64,000 bases of DNA from Magallana gigas (taxonomy: Eukaryota): contig NC_088854.1 in NCBI RefSeq assembly GCF_963853765.1, positions 28,582,001 through 28,646,000 of the forward strand, written 5' to 3'. The position numbers and the translations under genes were made by a program. Each line of letters opens with the position of its first letter. The first letter of the stretch is position 1. This document shows positions 1-15,727 of this stretch, piece by piece. The notes under the pieces are model-generated. The model was not told the origin of the DNA and ran no database searches. It worked only from the letters and a program-made list of their open reading frames with translations.

Positions 1-742
1 GCTATGAATAATACATGAACCCCATTTATTTGGTTCTGTTACAAATGAGTGACAATGGAAGAAATAAGATTACCATGATTCTGTTTTATAAACACCAAAA
101 CTTTGATTACTTGCAATTTATGAGGTACACACGTAGTTACATCATCTGAATACTAGTATTATCTAGTATATATATATAACTGATATGTTTGGCTTGCAAC
201 GTTCTCTGTAAGAAATCACATATCCCGTAAATTTGCTTCGTGTGCAGTTTGGCAGCAAATACATTTAGAGATAATTTTTGAAAAGTAGGGACAAAAGTTC
301 TATAGAACTACTTTATTTCACATTCCCTACTTACCCCAGATCTTCACATGAAAACAAGTACCAGCCATTTGCAACGTACATGTATGTGATGCCATAGCTT
401 AGAGTAATCAATCATATGTGCAATTACCAACAACATTTTTGTAAGTATCGTGTTAAAGTCTCACAATGCAGAATCATAAAATATATATATATACTAACAT
501 CTCTGGACGAAGAAGTAAGTAAGGAGGGGACAAACAATAAAACGTGGTCCTATGCACGATCCTACAAATTCAAACTTTAGCAGTAATTATGAATCACTGT
601 ACAGTAAAACTCGGTTATAGCGAAGTCCGTACTAAGTTTCCGGAATAAGAAAGGTACATTGAATTCTAGAAGGTGATTTCACTAACAATGAGTTACTGTA
701 ATAGAAAGAAAAATTTAAATTAATTATATATTCTCTTTTCAG

Positions 743-3700
743 CTAACATTAATGGACGATGATTGCAAGAGCCATTCCGCTGGCAGGTTTCGAATAGAAT
801 CTGGAGATTTAGAAGGAAGCGATGAGGTACGTAATTGTGTAATCACAATGTGCAAAACAAACACACTTCAAATGGTTGATCGATCAGATTTGACATAATA
901 ATATTAAATAGAGCCAAAGAGAACAAATAGGTAAATTTTATGACTTTAATTTGTAAGATAGTATATCACAGAAATATATGAATGGATCATGTTGAAATCA
1001 AGAGTATAAGGTTACAAATGCAGCACATGGCTCAGTGGTTATAGGTATTAAGCCAGTAACCAAAAGGAGGCCGGTTCGAGCTCAGCTGTGGTCAACTGGT
1101 GTTGTGTGTTGTGTCTGTAGACAACTTGCAGACACTTTATGTACACAGTCTCAGTCCACCCAGCTGCAATTGGGTACCGGCTTACGTGATGGATTACACT
1201 GTGATGGACTGGTGTTCCACCCTAGTCAATCACTCTCATCCTCTAAACACTACAAAAACCAGGGATAAGCACCGGCCCTATGCACCTCTTGACTCTTAGA
1301 AGAATTTTAAGGAGACATGGTCACGATTTAAACTGAAAATGCTCAAATTTTATTTTTGCATTTTTTATGTATATATTGTATCACTAAGGTATTTCAAATT
1401 GTCAACTAAAACTTGAGTACTAGTGTCAATCATTTGGTAACACATGTATTATGTAAGATAAAAAGCTCAGGTTATGTTAACTTTTTGTTTATATATTGAG
1501 AGCTAAATAGAAAACACAAGGTTAAAAACAGAATTAGAAGTAGTGTACAGTACATACTGTAGTACTTTTATATCTGTGTATGCAACAAACTAGTAAATAG
1601 AAAAAAAACCAGACCATTAATCATTTTATTGAACCAATAAAAGCAAAAATTGGCACGAGCGTTATGTACATAACAAAGCACTGTGAGCTCTGTATCTTGC
1701 TTATAACTCTGCAATTTGGTTTATCATTACATCTACCTGTAGAAATGAAAAATTAAAATTTGAAAACATTCAGCTGAATTCGTGACCAATCTCCTTTAAA
1801 TTTTTTCTTTACACGTGTTAAAAAATCAAAACTACATGTATAAAGTGTTCAAATATACAAGGAAGTTAAGGTAACAAGGATATGAAGTTATTTTAACTTA
1901 GTGTAATGATTCAATTTAGGTGGTCTATTGTAACTTCTTAGGAAGAACAAAGCTTACAGCAAGTGATAGAGATAATGATCACAAGTGTGAAATTGTGCAT
2001 TGATTTTTATTTATTTCTAAAAACAAAACAACATTAACAAACGCTACAGTTTTAAACTAAGTTAAAGTCAAACCTTTGTGTAGTAATTTGTCAAATTGAC
2101 AAAAATGTATTTGTTAAAGAAGAAAGTGGAAGTAATTAGACAAAACTGGGAGAAGGGCGAACGTTTCTAGATGCAATTTAGAAAATCACATGACGTTTTA
2201 CGTAATTCAGGATCCTTATTCTGAGGGAAATTCTAGTACATTCTTATTTCCTTGTTTTCTTGTTTACAAACAACAAATTTTATTTCAAGCTTATCTTCAT
2301 TTGTATATTTGCATTATTCTGCTGTATCTGATATGCTTAAAATAAAAATTGATTGAACATAGCATATTGTGTATATGATAGGACTGTTAGAGTATTGTTT
2401 ATGTAAACAACTGACTGACCATGTTGATAAGCTTGTCATTCCCATGCAGCGATCTGACAGGATAAGCTCTAATTGACCATTTAACAGTGTGGACAACGAG
2501 ATAAGCGAGAATAATTGTACCCAACGAACTAACAACTTGTTTTCCATTTTCATTGCCTTTTGACTTTGGACAACAATGAGTATAGCTTTTCTTTCTTGGA
2601 AGAAACATTATGTTGTGTGAATATCACTTAAGTTAATCCTTGAAATAATTCATCAAACTAGTTCATGTTACAGAAACACAGCCCATTGTAATCCAAATTG
2701 AAATCTCGTGTATATTAAAAATAAAGGAAAAGGGGGTGAGGGTGGGGGGGGGGGGGTTAGTATATAGTATCTTGAAATTGAATACCGAGGTAGACGCTAT
2801 AAGGTGAATTTCCTTTCTACTACTGTCAAACCATATTAAATTTTTGGAGTAAAAATTTTCGTGAGCTGACATCTTTTAAAATGATTTCGTAAATTGCTTG
2901 TACCTATAAGGAATAAAGAATTTGTTGGTGATATTATATCCGTGGGCGGGGATACATATACCATCGTTATCCTTGAAAATTAAGTATCCACGAATTCTAG
3001 TGTTGCGATTGTAAACCACACGTCAGATAGATCTTTTGTTATCATTAATATTTGGTTGTACTTTTTTTTATTGTTCTAAACGTTCAACAACCTATCGGTC
3101 AATGACGGAACGTAATTATCCCAGAAACTAAATATCTCCGCAGTAAGCTACCAAGATTCTAACATTAGATTTCTTTCTTTAAGTCATATTGGACCGATTA
3201 AATGACAGACCATACGTAATAAGCAATTCCTCGTTGATATAATTTCAAACGATAGTGTTGATTTGTTTTTTTTTTTGTTTTGAAAGTTGTACAACATTAA
3301 AATTTGTAATGTGATATGCTTATCCTTTATTAAAGTGCGTATTATAATATAACTTTTTAAAGCTTGGTAAGGATTATAAAACAGTTTGACGACCATTTTT
3401 ATACAACTAAATTTGCACTTTACTTGTTTATTAAATTCATGTAAATGCATTGGGTTTTTTTCAGGTCTCAAGTCCCGTTGCGAGTCCAGTCCATCTTGAA
3501 AACCCAGAATTTCAAACCCGATGGTATTTTAAATACTTTCTTGGAAAACGTAAGTAGATTTTCATCTCTCATAATGGGTTTCTGAACTATCAATGTCAGG
3601 TGATTTTTCTCTATGAAATTCCATTACAAAAAAAAATTTGAAATCAAACACAGAGCCACTAAAGGGAGCATAATGGTACGTGGTCTTAATCTTCACATGA

Positions 3701-6700
3701 ATAACCTTGATGTATTAGTAAATAAATGTAACAGCAGGAGTAGTCTTCAGATGACACTAGAACTAATTAAGTTAGGCTCTTTTATCTATAGGAAAAACAA
3801 GAGATTAATCACCATGTTTCTTTCGAATTCTTTAGTTATATGTCGTGGTATTCACAGATAGGAAAATATGTCAGGAAAACAATGAAAGCAAATTTTTATT
3901 AAAGGTTCCACATTTGATTAAACATTAACATGTAATCCTTATTCTCTACCTTTGTTCGATTTTCACTGGCTTTAAGGCATAAGTATATGCCAAAATCCCT
4001 GTAGATCTCTTTAACGAAAGGAAGGGTATAACGTTCAAATCACTCTCAATCACCGGAAGTGCATGCCCTCCCATTGTGTTACCCTCTCGGGATCTATTTT
4101 AAAGCAGTCATGCACTCTTGCAAAACGTATACAATGCAATGCCGTGATTAAATTCGTGCTGTTTTGTACTTTAGAATTTTTGGTAGTTTATTCACTAATG
4201 GGTTTCGAAACTCCCATTTCTGCATTAATTTTTTTTCATCAGTTTTTTTATGTAGCCATGGTAACAAGACTTAAGAATTATTTTAAAATGGAAAATAGCA
4301 AAAAACCTTATTGATTTGATAATAGTCTAACAAAGTCTCCGACACAACCTATAACCCAACCTCATCATTATCCATACAAGAATTGTATCCATGTCAAATC
4401 GACCATCTACATGTACCTTAAAGCCGTGCCCGATATTGGAGTCTAATATCATTTCCAGGAATTTCTAACCTTCTGGGTTTCCTGGTTTATTTTTAAAGTA
4501 GTTATTTGTGACATCTTCACAGATTTTGCATCAATCCGTAAAAATAAAGTTACGTATTATACCTAAAATGATTAAACATAATAACAAGTGGACACCGATT
4601 CTATTGGTCTCGTGTCGTGTTTAATTATATGGAGATTAAGTTTAAAGGAAGCAAGGTACATAAATATGATCTTTTTAATATCCGCTGTTATTATGGGTAA
4701 TCGAGTTGTTAATATAAAGTCAATACCGACTATTCAATCGGTCCTTGCCTAATGATCTCTGAATCTGTGTTATCTGAAAAGTACAAACCAAAAGCAGGCC
4801 AGTGTAAATGCTATGCTTTCGTTTCGTTTAGTTCTAAGTCATCGACTTATTTACGACGCTGTTCATAGTCTATGAAACCCTTTAATGAGATAATGTAAGG
4901 CAATAACCTACTAGTTTTTGCTCTTTAGTATTGTTTACATGATATATACATGTTTCATAAAGATGAATTGTTTAGTAATAGTAATATACATCTAGACATG
5001 GTCAATTTATGTAGTTTTTTTTAGGGGGGGGGGGGTGTTTTTTCGGGGGAGGGGGCGCCAATACATGTACTGTTAAAAAAAATGTTTCCCTTTTTAGTTG
5101 GTTTTTTAATAAAATTATCAACAATACTTACACTCGTTATACATTTTAGCATTTTCAGACAACTTTTCATACCTTTATTTGAAGAATATGACCAACAACT
5201 AAATTGCATCATCACAATGTATCTCTGTTTTTAGTGCACCAGAATTATGTTGGAATAGACACAGAGAAAGACCCGTTTATATTGTCTGTGGTAGTGACGG
5301 ACGCTAACAACCACAATGTTCCACAGTACAGAGCTGTGCTATGGCGAAAAAACGTAAGTCAAATTGTGCTCACTTTATCATATGATAATCATTATTGAAA
5401 CTTGCCCATCGTCTTCGTCGGTCTGCAGTCTGCAACTTTTCCGAGCATAAGTAATTATGCAACAGTATATTTTTTTAACTATAACTATATCGTGCCGTAG
5501 AAAGTTTGTACGTATTAGAACCCCTTGCCCCATTCCTTCCCCACCCAAAATCACTCTGGTAATATCACAGAAACACCGCACTTGCGCGGATCCAGCGGGA
5601 ATTGGGGGGGGGGGGTCCGAGGGATATTTAAGTTTGCCAGAGGGCCCAAGTTCAGTAATTTTCCTATGAATACTTTCCTCTAGGGTTACGCATGACACCA
5701 AACGCCATCCGACACCGATTCCGGGCTTCCATATCCCCAATACTTTTTGAATCTTTGCTATGCGCACGCGAAGCGCACCTGAGACCGATTACGTTAAGTA
5801 TTGCTTCCTGTAAAGAAGCGTTTGGAGAGGGGTGATTGTTTCATACTCCAGCATTTTTCAAAAACAATGCATTTCATGAGTCACGCCGACGCGCAGACAA
5901 CAATTCTTCTATTGTTTTAGTTCCTCGTTTTTACGTACAGGATGTATTGGGTAAAGATGGAAATTCCTCTTTAGTTTTCATTCATAACAAATTTTACATG
6001 TATATACATGTATTTGTGTAATAAACATGTACTTATTTGGCTACAAAGTGTATTATTCAAAAGGTAACCACATTTACCACAAGGCAACGCGTTGTCGAGA
6101 GAGTGTCGACTTAACCTTGCGTTTCCGGCCACACTGCCGAAGTTTAATCAGCGCCATTTCGTTATGAAATCGACCAATGAAATATGATTTAGTTTTCCTG
6201 GTTAATATCGAATAATCTTATCTTTTTATATTGAACACCCGCCTATCGGTTTTTCAGAATATTTTTTTTATCCGCATTGAAAAATAACTTGTTTTTACCA
6301 GAATGTTAACTACTTCTCTAGGAAATGAATTTTCATTCACTTTTTAAATCAAATGTTTTACACACGAAAAATTTATATACATATAGTAAAAGTAGTGCTG
6401 GGCAAATTACAGCATATCATTACATCATATTAAGACAGTTTATTGTATTTCTTTATTTTTAGATTTAAATTTAACCTTTTATTTGTCTATGATAATTTAT
6501 TCTAGGGAGCCAAGCGAGTTTGCCTTCCATATAATCCACAAAAACCTCAGACAGTCAAGGGCATTTTAAGGTACACTAATTGCTGATTTGTTGAATATTT
6601 TTCGATTGATTGATTGATTGATTTTTTTTTGTTGATTTTGATGTTCAGCATTGTGTTCTTCAGCTTTCTCATTTTAGCTATTTTAAGACTCGACATACAT

Positions 6701-9700
6701 GTACTGAGTATATCGATTGCTGATGAACTTCATTTTAACTTTTGATAGACACTTTAAATGAATTACAGTGTCAGACATTAAATCCCAAATAAGATACGAT
6801 TATCCGTTAAAATGAAATTCCATTTTGGATAATTTGTTGAAACTCGGAGCTTTATCCGATGGAGGTTTCCTCATTGCAACAACTTTGTGCTTGTTTTTGC
6901 GATCTCGTTTAACATTAATCATCAAAATACAGGGGTGCAATTCATTGCATTATTCAATAGGTCCGACTGCAAAAAGCCTGTAAAAGGGGAAGCTGTTGAC
7001 ATCTGATAACTTAATCTGTACACTACTTCCTCTATGAATGGCTGTCTAACAAAGCTAGACATTTGAACCAATTGAATGATTAAATGGCGGATTGATCGTG
7101 TTGTCAATGTAGTCAATAAAACTAATCGTTTTAAAACGAAAAGGACACATTAGCCCTAATGCTTAATGATTTCACTGACCTTTGCTTGTAACGAGGTTAC
7201 GTATATATACGTGTACATAATGGGCATCACTTTCACTTTTCGTAAGATAAATAATTAACGGTAAAGAATTTCAAACATACAACCCACTCTATATATTTTA
7301 TCAAAATCCATAAAAAACAAAAAATATTCAGAACGTTAATCGTTCAATCAATGAAAAAAATTACATTATCTCTTTAAAAAAATAGACATTTTATGTCTTG
7401 TAGTCATTTTGAGCTGGAAAAATTCGAAAAAGGACCCAAAGAGATATTTGACCCAGATATCCAAAAAGACATTCTGGTACTGGAGGAGCAAGAGGTAACT
7501 AAAAGGATTATGCAAATCCTTCTGTCTTTATTAATAAACTAAATAAACATCATTTATGATTGCCTGGGGAAAATTCAGACAGATATATCAGACGTTATGG
7601 AGAAGCCTGGGTGGAACTTTTCTTTCCTTTTTTTTTTGGCCTGGCCAGAAGCACTAAAATGTATATAAAAAAAAAGACGTATATTTATAAAATTGTAATA
7701 CAGATTCAATTTTTTGCTCAAAAAGTTCATGGTAGCTGTGCCCTCCATCTATAGGCAGTTGATTAGTCTGTGAATAACGCCTTCCACTTATCTTATGATC
7801 TATTCTCTATATAATTAACATGCTGCTTATGTGCTTTACTCAGGGTTCGATCAACTTCAAGTTTGGTGTGGTCTACGCCAAAGAAAACCAGGTGTCAGAT
7901 GAGGAGTTTTATAGTAACGGTACGTATTGCTGCTAAAAATATCAGTATGACGTCATTAGAATGGCATGATTGCTTGCTGTCGATTGTGGACAGTGTTAAT
8001 ACCATGTGATGACGTCATGTTTTATTCTGGTCAATTAAGGAAATTGATGACAGTCAGCTGCTTATACATTCTTGAAATCACTGCTCACTTTCGATCAATA
8101 AGTGCTCTGAAATTTTGGTAAAAAATGAATTACGCCAAAAGTAAAACACTGCAACGATTTTGATACAGGAATAAAACTGGAAATACTGAAATATTGATTT
8201 TCTTCTCTTCTCTTTGAAACAGAAATGAAATAGCCCTCAAGCAAATTTAACAATATTAAAAAGAATTCGTTCGAGGATTTTTTTTAATTCAAAAACAAAA
8301 AAGGAGTAGGCTGTAAAACTTGTCTACGTTTGCCTTCGCCTTATTACCGGTATAAATAATACATAAAGTTATACGAACGGTGTTTTTGTTGCATTAAAAT
8401 CTCATATTGTTCAGGTTATTAACCCTAAAATTGGTGTCTCGTTATAATTTCACTTTTACAGATGACCCTTCGCAGTCGTTTAATAGTTTTTCAGACCTAT
8501 TGGGAGACAGAATCAAATTAAAAGGATGGGAAAAGTTCAAAGGTGGTTTAGATGTCAAATGTAAGTGTGGTTTTCTTTAATCATTTTCTTTTGATATTTT
8601 TGCAATTTAACACGAAAATACACTATGACGTCTCATTTTCAAAATATCCTTATGGTATATTCTGAAAACGGTGTCGTATGAAAAGTGTCTCAATCATGTA
8701 AATAGTGTACCATATCTCATTTCGGTTACAGCAAATGCAACTGGAACTGAGTCTATATATACAGTTTACGAAGGCCACGAGATTATGTTTCATGTATCTA
8801 CGTTGCTTCCTCATTCTCTTGAGAATAAACAACAGGTAATTGGTTGATCCTAAAAAAAAAAACATAATCATATTTTCTCCACCAAAATCATAGTTCTTTG
8901 TTATTAAAAAAAAATATGTAGTTTTTATTTTTTTTTTTGGGGGGGGGGGGGTCATCTCACTGATAATCAGCATTAAACATGAAAATACTATAAGATTTAT
9001 TAGAAAAATTAACCTCCTTTTCAAAAATTTCTTTTAGGTGGAAAGGAAGCGACATATAGGAAACGACATAGTAAACATTCTCTTCTACGAGTCTAGCAGT
9101 CCGGACCCTCAAGCATTTCCTCAGTTCAAGCCCTGCATGATGAGGTCACGATTTACTCGTATCCTTTTTCTTCTGTTTTGTGTTTCAATAATCAATCCGT
9201 TCTGTAGAGCTTCGTCAATATAAGGCAGCGTCAATGAGGCGACAGGCAGAGTTAAGGGCTCACTCGCCAAGGAAGTGCCTAAGCACCCACATTATTGGAG
9301 AAACAGGCGTTGAATAAGACAAAATAATTGTTCGATCTAAACTGTATTTAGCTATTAATTTTAACACGTCGATTTTGACACACTCGACGCTATATATACG
9401 TATATACGTACGGATTTTGAATTAGAAATCATATGAACCCCGCTTGGTGCGTCTAATATGTTATTGACAATTTAATCACCATGTTCTTCACGTGGATTTA
9501 AACAATGTTTGTTTACAGGAAAGATTTATAATGAAGAAATAAGCTGGTTATGACTTATGAATAAAAGGATTGGTTCTGCGCTTCCCATTTATCGTTGATG
9601 ATAATAAACAAAAACAATCATTTAAAATAAAGTTATCTACCGATATTTAAATTACAACCACTGGGGATATTTTCCTCCATTTCTTCAATATTCCGATTGT

Positions 9701-12700
9701 GTGTAGACAGTCCTTAATAAAAATTTAATTTCTCGATGATAAGAATCTGTAGACATTTTGACTATCGAGAATCTGCAATATACACAAATAACGATATTAC
9801 TTGGTTTTATGATTACGATCTGATTAAGTCTCGTGCATTGTGTGTCGCAACTTTTATATCCTTGTGAGCGAATTTTCTTTTTTCAAAACGTTTTTGACAA
9901 TGCTTTTAATTCTCACTGTCTTTCAAAAATAAAGATATTCGAAGAGAAAACGTTGTTGGTCAATGGAGAGAAAAAACAGGTTCAAAGTCTTTCGTCGATT
10001 TTTATGGTCCCAGATTGCCTTATGAACATATTAAATTATTTATTCCAAGATCTTTAAGTACAAGGATACTGATGCTAATTCGGAACTAATCAGGCTGATC
10101 GATGGCTACCTTAAGGGCTAGAGTTAGCGCCACTTCCTGTCCCACGCACTTCCTGTCTTAGCTTTCCCCTAACAGATCTATCACAGAGAGAGGACAGATG
10201 CTGGTGCATTTATAGAAAAGATGGAATAAAAATTATTTAAAAAATACAAAAAATACGGTGAACAGAATTTATATCTCAAAATAAAATTCAGTTTTTAAAA
10301 TACATTGGTATTTTTTTTATGTTATTTTGTGTGTATTTTGTTTGATTGATGGGTTAATTCCTTAATGCACTTTAGATATATTTGCTGTTGTTTGTTACAA
10401 TACATGTGATCGCTCTTATAAACTCAACGTCTTTTCCGAAGAGTCGGTCCCTCTTTTCGGACCGCCTCTTCCCTCGCCCCCTGTGTTCCATGACGCCGAT
10501 GAGTTCCGAGAATTTCTTCTCGTCAAATGTAAGCACTTCTCAAATACATGTATTAGCTATAAAATAATTAAAATGAAGGATTAACAAAAGATAACGTGTT
10601 ATTCTGCTTGGCATGCAAATCGTCATCCAAGAAGCATTTCACAAAGTATTTCTTGATTTATTGGAATGTGTGATACATGTAAATCTACATATGGTCACTA
10701 ATAGATGTAACTATTTTATGATACTTTTGCATAGATGTTCACTTGTTTCATGTATTTTATATCGAGTGTTAATCGAGTGTTTTGATATATTATTTGTGCA
10801 TGGGATATCGTTTCAGTGATAAATGGCGAGAAAGCCGCCGTTAACAATCCTTTGTTTGCCCAGAAACGAGAAAGAACTCTAGAGATGCTGATAAAGAATA
10901 TACACCAGGGATATATGATGGAAACCAATAAGGTAACGTATATAGTCTTATTTTATGTTAGATATCACTCAATATTCTCTATTGATGAAAAAGAACATCA
11001 CACGTTCTGGCTGCAAACAGACAAAATACACAACGCAAATAATAAAAAGAAACGAAAACATATCTGCTGTTAGCATGGAAACCGTCAGTTTGAAAAGAAA
11101 ATTAGATTTGGATTTATAATTTGATCAATGATAAAATATTAGTTTCTATGAAACTGGAACAAGGGTTTTTATCTCCTTACAAAGCGTAAAGATTGCAAAG
11201 GCCGGTAATAAAAGCCTTTACTACGCACGTGTATGAAATCAATTTGAAATTAAATTTAAAATGAATGAAAATTTTTCCCCATAAGCTAAAGATACATTTG
11301 TTCAAAACTTTTTTCTCCGTCTTTTTTATTAGCTGTACAGAAGAGCTTTTAGCGATGTGATTCAAGACGCCCACATCTCCAGAAAAGAAGAAGCTAGACG
11401 CAGCGAGTATCTTAGAGTGGGCCAGGTAAGAAGACTAATGTCAAAAGTCAGTGTGCATTTGTTTGGCTGAAATTAAAGTGTCTACATTTAATTACGGTCG
11501 CAAGTCTTCCTTTCAGACCTTAAAAGTAAAAACGATTTTGAAAGGTGATGCTCCAACAAGCTTAGTCACAACAGGACTTCTTAAACGAGAGGCAAGTCCC
11601 ATCGACTGATTTTATACTCTATGTTATTTTTTCGCTTTTAAATTTCATAAGATTCTTTACGTGAATAATTTTATCTCTGGTGAATGGTGTATATAGTACG
11701 CAAATTACAAAACTTCTACAAACTAGTTTGTGAACTTATTTTGAACCTTTTCTTCTACAAGATATAAATCGCTGTCAAAAAAGCAAGGTCTCCCTGTCAT
11801 GTGTTTAAAAGTGTTTGAGTGTTTGATTGGTTCATTGTCTTTGTATTGTAGCCATGGGAACCGCAGTCATTCTGTATGGATTTCCCTCATCCAATTATTT
11901 GCGGCGATTCTTGGGGTACGTCGATCACACGCGACTTAAATTTGTTATTTGTCAAGGGTCTTTGTTTTGAAAGAGTTTTTTGTGTTTGGAGTCAAGTTGT
12001 TATTCGAGAGATGTGAAAAAAAATGAAGACAAATGCGATAGCACGTGTTATCGTGTAACACGTTGGTAACAGCCTCAACAAAATTTTATTTATGGCAGAT
12101 CTGAAAAGAAGATTATTTTTTATGAAATATCTTAATGCGTTTCTGATAATAAACTTTCGGTCCACACATCATTGTCCTTATTGATTTTTGTTTTCTTTCA
12201 GGGGACAACAAATTAATATTATCAACGGAAAATGGCACGTTTATCGTGGAAGGTAATGTTGCCGCGACGTCAAAGAAAAAAATGAGAAATGATTTCGTTA
12301 AAATCAATTTCAATTCATTCGTACAGAATTTTAAATCATCATCTTATCATACTCGGTTTTTTTTTTCCAGAGGGTCTAAATCATCGATCAATATTTGATA
12401 AGTCTGTCCCTGTTAAACAGCTGGATGTTGTGGAAGCTCACAACCTTTTGATTTTTAGATGCGACAAAGGTACGGAGATCTATCAAATGCATATTAAGTA
12501 TATTCAACTATTGATTTACAAGATCAGCGGTTTTTTTTCAATATTAATGTCCTCTCATCAAAACAGGTAAAGAGGGAAAGATCTACGTGTACAGATTGAA
12601 TGACTTCGAAGGAGAGGTGTTGGATAAAGTTACAAGGGGAAAGGCAGAATGCAGGGAAAACAGAATCGAGAAAACAAAGGGTATCGGAAGATAATTCATT

Positions 12701-15642
12701 CCAAACTAAAACAACTCTCAACTTTAATGCACCATAGTTTCACTTTTTTTTTAAATAAAGCTAATAACACACATCTAATATCATACACAAAATAAATTCA
12801 TGATTCTTTTTCTCGTTGATTTCAGCTTGTGGTTATTAAATTTTTCAAAGGGGGAGGGTGGGTGGTTTTATATCGCTAAAAAGGCGGATGTAGCACACAT
12901 CTCAAAAGGTACACACACAAATGTACTTTAAAATATGTTTAATCAGGTTGCCATCTGTACGCCCTGAGCAGGCAAGGGGCCAGCCATCTAAGAATGGTGG
13001 TGGCGATTCAGAAACGTCTCCTGTTGTTTACGTGGAAGCATTCCGTGGCTTGGTCTACGTGGTGTCCAACTGTTGACTTCGAAATCGTGGATGGCTTCAA
13101 CTTTGTTCGAGTATGCAGTTATCCTCGTAAATTTTAAATCATGTGTGATGGCCAAATAAAAAAAAAAAAATTTTATTCAGTTTATGACTGTTTACTATAA
13201 ATTTTGCTGATCTGAATCATTCCACCGATGTGTTATGAATGCTTCAGTGAAGTGTGTGTGTGATTACTTGTAAATTGCCTATCGCGTGTTTTAACACAGG
13301 AACTACAGGCCTTTGACTCGCCCCAACTGATAACGCTGATCGATGGCGTTCGAGATGACAACCAGATCTGTGTTGGATACAAGAACCAGTTTGACCTAAT
13401 TAATGAGAAAAACGGAGACACTTTGCAACTGTACCAGGTGGAGGCAAATAAGGTAAACCCAATTATTCATTGTTGCCATAAATGAATGTCATTGACATAT
13501 TATATTTCTTCTATTCTCGAGAAACATTTAGCATATTTATGATGGCCAATTATAAGGATAGCCTCAGATGCCATTTTTCCTAAGCCCTTAAACGCAACAT
13601 TATTTTTGTATTCATATCGGAATTCGTGTTGATATATCAAATCGTTACAATCTTTAATATTAAAAAGAAAATGCGCACTTTCACCTGGAAGACGACGTAG
13701 AAGCTATATCAAGTTCAAAAAGGGTATGATAAGTCTTATACCAAGACATTTCCCCTCATTAAAGCTGGACAGTTAAGTTGCAATCATAGCTTGGTTTAAG
13801 TGGACCGAATGATAAAAGGATCAATAATTTAAGCATCATAGTCTTCGACATTCAGGTCAATCAATTTGAAACTGTTATTGAAAAAATCTACTGAAATTGT
13901 GAATATGTCAATATGAAAGCAAGGGGGTTAAACAGATCATGATTTTTCTGGTATTCATACATGTAGAAAATTGGCTCATATGTATTTTTTTTTGTTTAAA
14001 CAATATTTTATTTCAAAATGAAATAAGATCGGACAGCAGGCATAGCCTATTTTTGTCCTTTCCCTTTACTTATATACATATTTTATATGTATGTTAGTTT
14101 ACATATAAATCTTTTGCACCAGCCTGTTGATAAACAATCATCTGCTCCGCCTCTTTCTCGGAATCGTTCATTGTTTCCTGTGTTTAGCATTATCTTAAAT
14201 TTCAGCGAAAATAGCTGAAAACATACTGACATGCGATCAATTCTCGCCAAGGACCGATTAACCGATTTTTTGTATATTATTTTATGTATTGATATAATGA
14301 CGCAACAGTGCACTGGCGAGAAGTGGTCCTTGGCAAGAATTGGTCGTGTGCCAGTATGGTACATTTATTATTTTTGTAAAGCAACAGTGTCAATATGAGT
14401 ATGAATAGTCTAAGGGTGATTTGAATATGAATGAATATGTTTTATATTACCTAGAATGTATGGGTGGTTTTTGGAACCATCGGCATTTCATATAAATGAA
14501 GCATAAATGTGCACAAACTTCTGTTGAACAAGTATAATTATAAACTTCCACATGTTGGACAAGTTTGTTGTTTTCAACATTAATAATATTTTGTTAACAG
14601 ATCTTGCGTAAACGGAAAATGGAGGTTAGAGTCTTAGCTGCAACACAAATGCTTCACTCTTTTGCGCATATTCTTCCGCAATGACACTAACATTTCATTT
14701 ATATTATAAAACTAGAAATAAAACGTATCTGAAAGAAATGTGAAAACGTTAACGTGGTCAGAAAGCAAATGAAGTTAACTAAGTAGTAGAATTATTAATA
14801 GTTTATTTATTCAATCTTAGGCCTCATGATGAACTGAAACATTCTAATGAAACCAAAGATTATCTGTAAATACCTATCTAGAAAGAGTTATTTCCTTTTC
14901 TATATTTGGAACATTAATAAATAGTCTCTTGGGGGCATTTTTGTTTAACCCGTAGTGCCCCCCTAATGTGTTATATGAGCAGAAATTGCAATCTTTAGCC
15001 AGCTTGTAATACAGCATATTATACCAAGCGATTTTCATTAACATAGCTTCTTTTTATAACTTAAGGCAAGCTACTATGTTTGATTATAGATGTACTTAAA
15101 ACGAATTTCTAGGTTAACTTAGTAGCAGCTTTGGATATATATGAAGATGAAGAGTCAGAATTACTTCTGTGTTACAATCGTGAGTAGATTTTGTGGTTAA
15201 AAACATTTTGGGAATTTTTAAACAAATATTTTAAGAATTACCAAAAGTTTGGCTATGACTTAAACTTATTTTGCAGATGTAAGTCATTTCCAAAAGCTCT
15301 CAGAGGAAACATCACATGATTTTGACTTCAACTGGAACTCGGAGCCAAGTGACATAGGTAGAGAAAACTAAGACTGAATTACTATAGTATATAATGTGGC
15401 CATCAGTCAATGACAATTAAACTGAAACATTGTGTTTAAATGTGCACATAGTACATGTAATACCGTTTTTTAAAACCTTGCTTTACTTTCAGTTTGCGCA
15501 TTCCCTTATGTAATGGCCTTTACCGCCGACTCCATAGAAATCCGCCTCATCATCAATGGCAACCTTGTACACGCCATGTCTCAGCCTGGATTGTCTCTGA
15601 TTACATCGAAGGTAACCAAGCATCATGCACATTCACCTTTAT

Positions 15643-15727
<85 letters not shown>

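Noticed and set aside
480-520. Possible extra GARNL3 exon ending GAAGAA|GTAAGT at 514
   Set aside because: Good donor but no convincing acceptor or frame; cannot be supported without transcripts.
5378-5767. 129-aa ORF, and similar ORFs at 43648-44034 and 57068-57433
   Set aside because: They cross G-runs, MITEs or low-complexity intronic DNA and have no domain signal.
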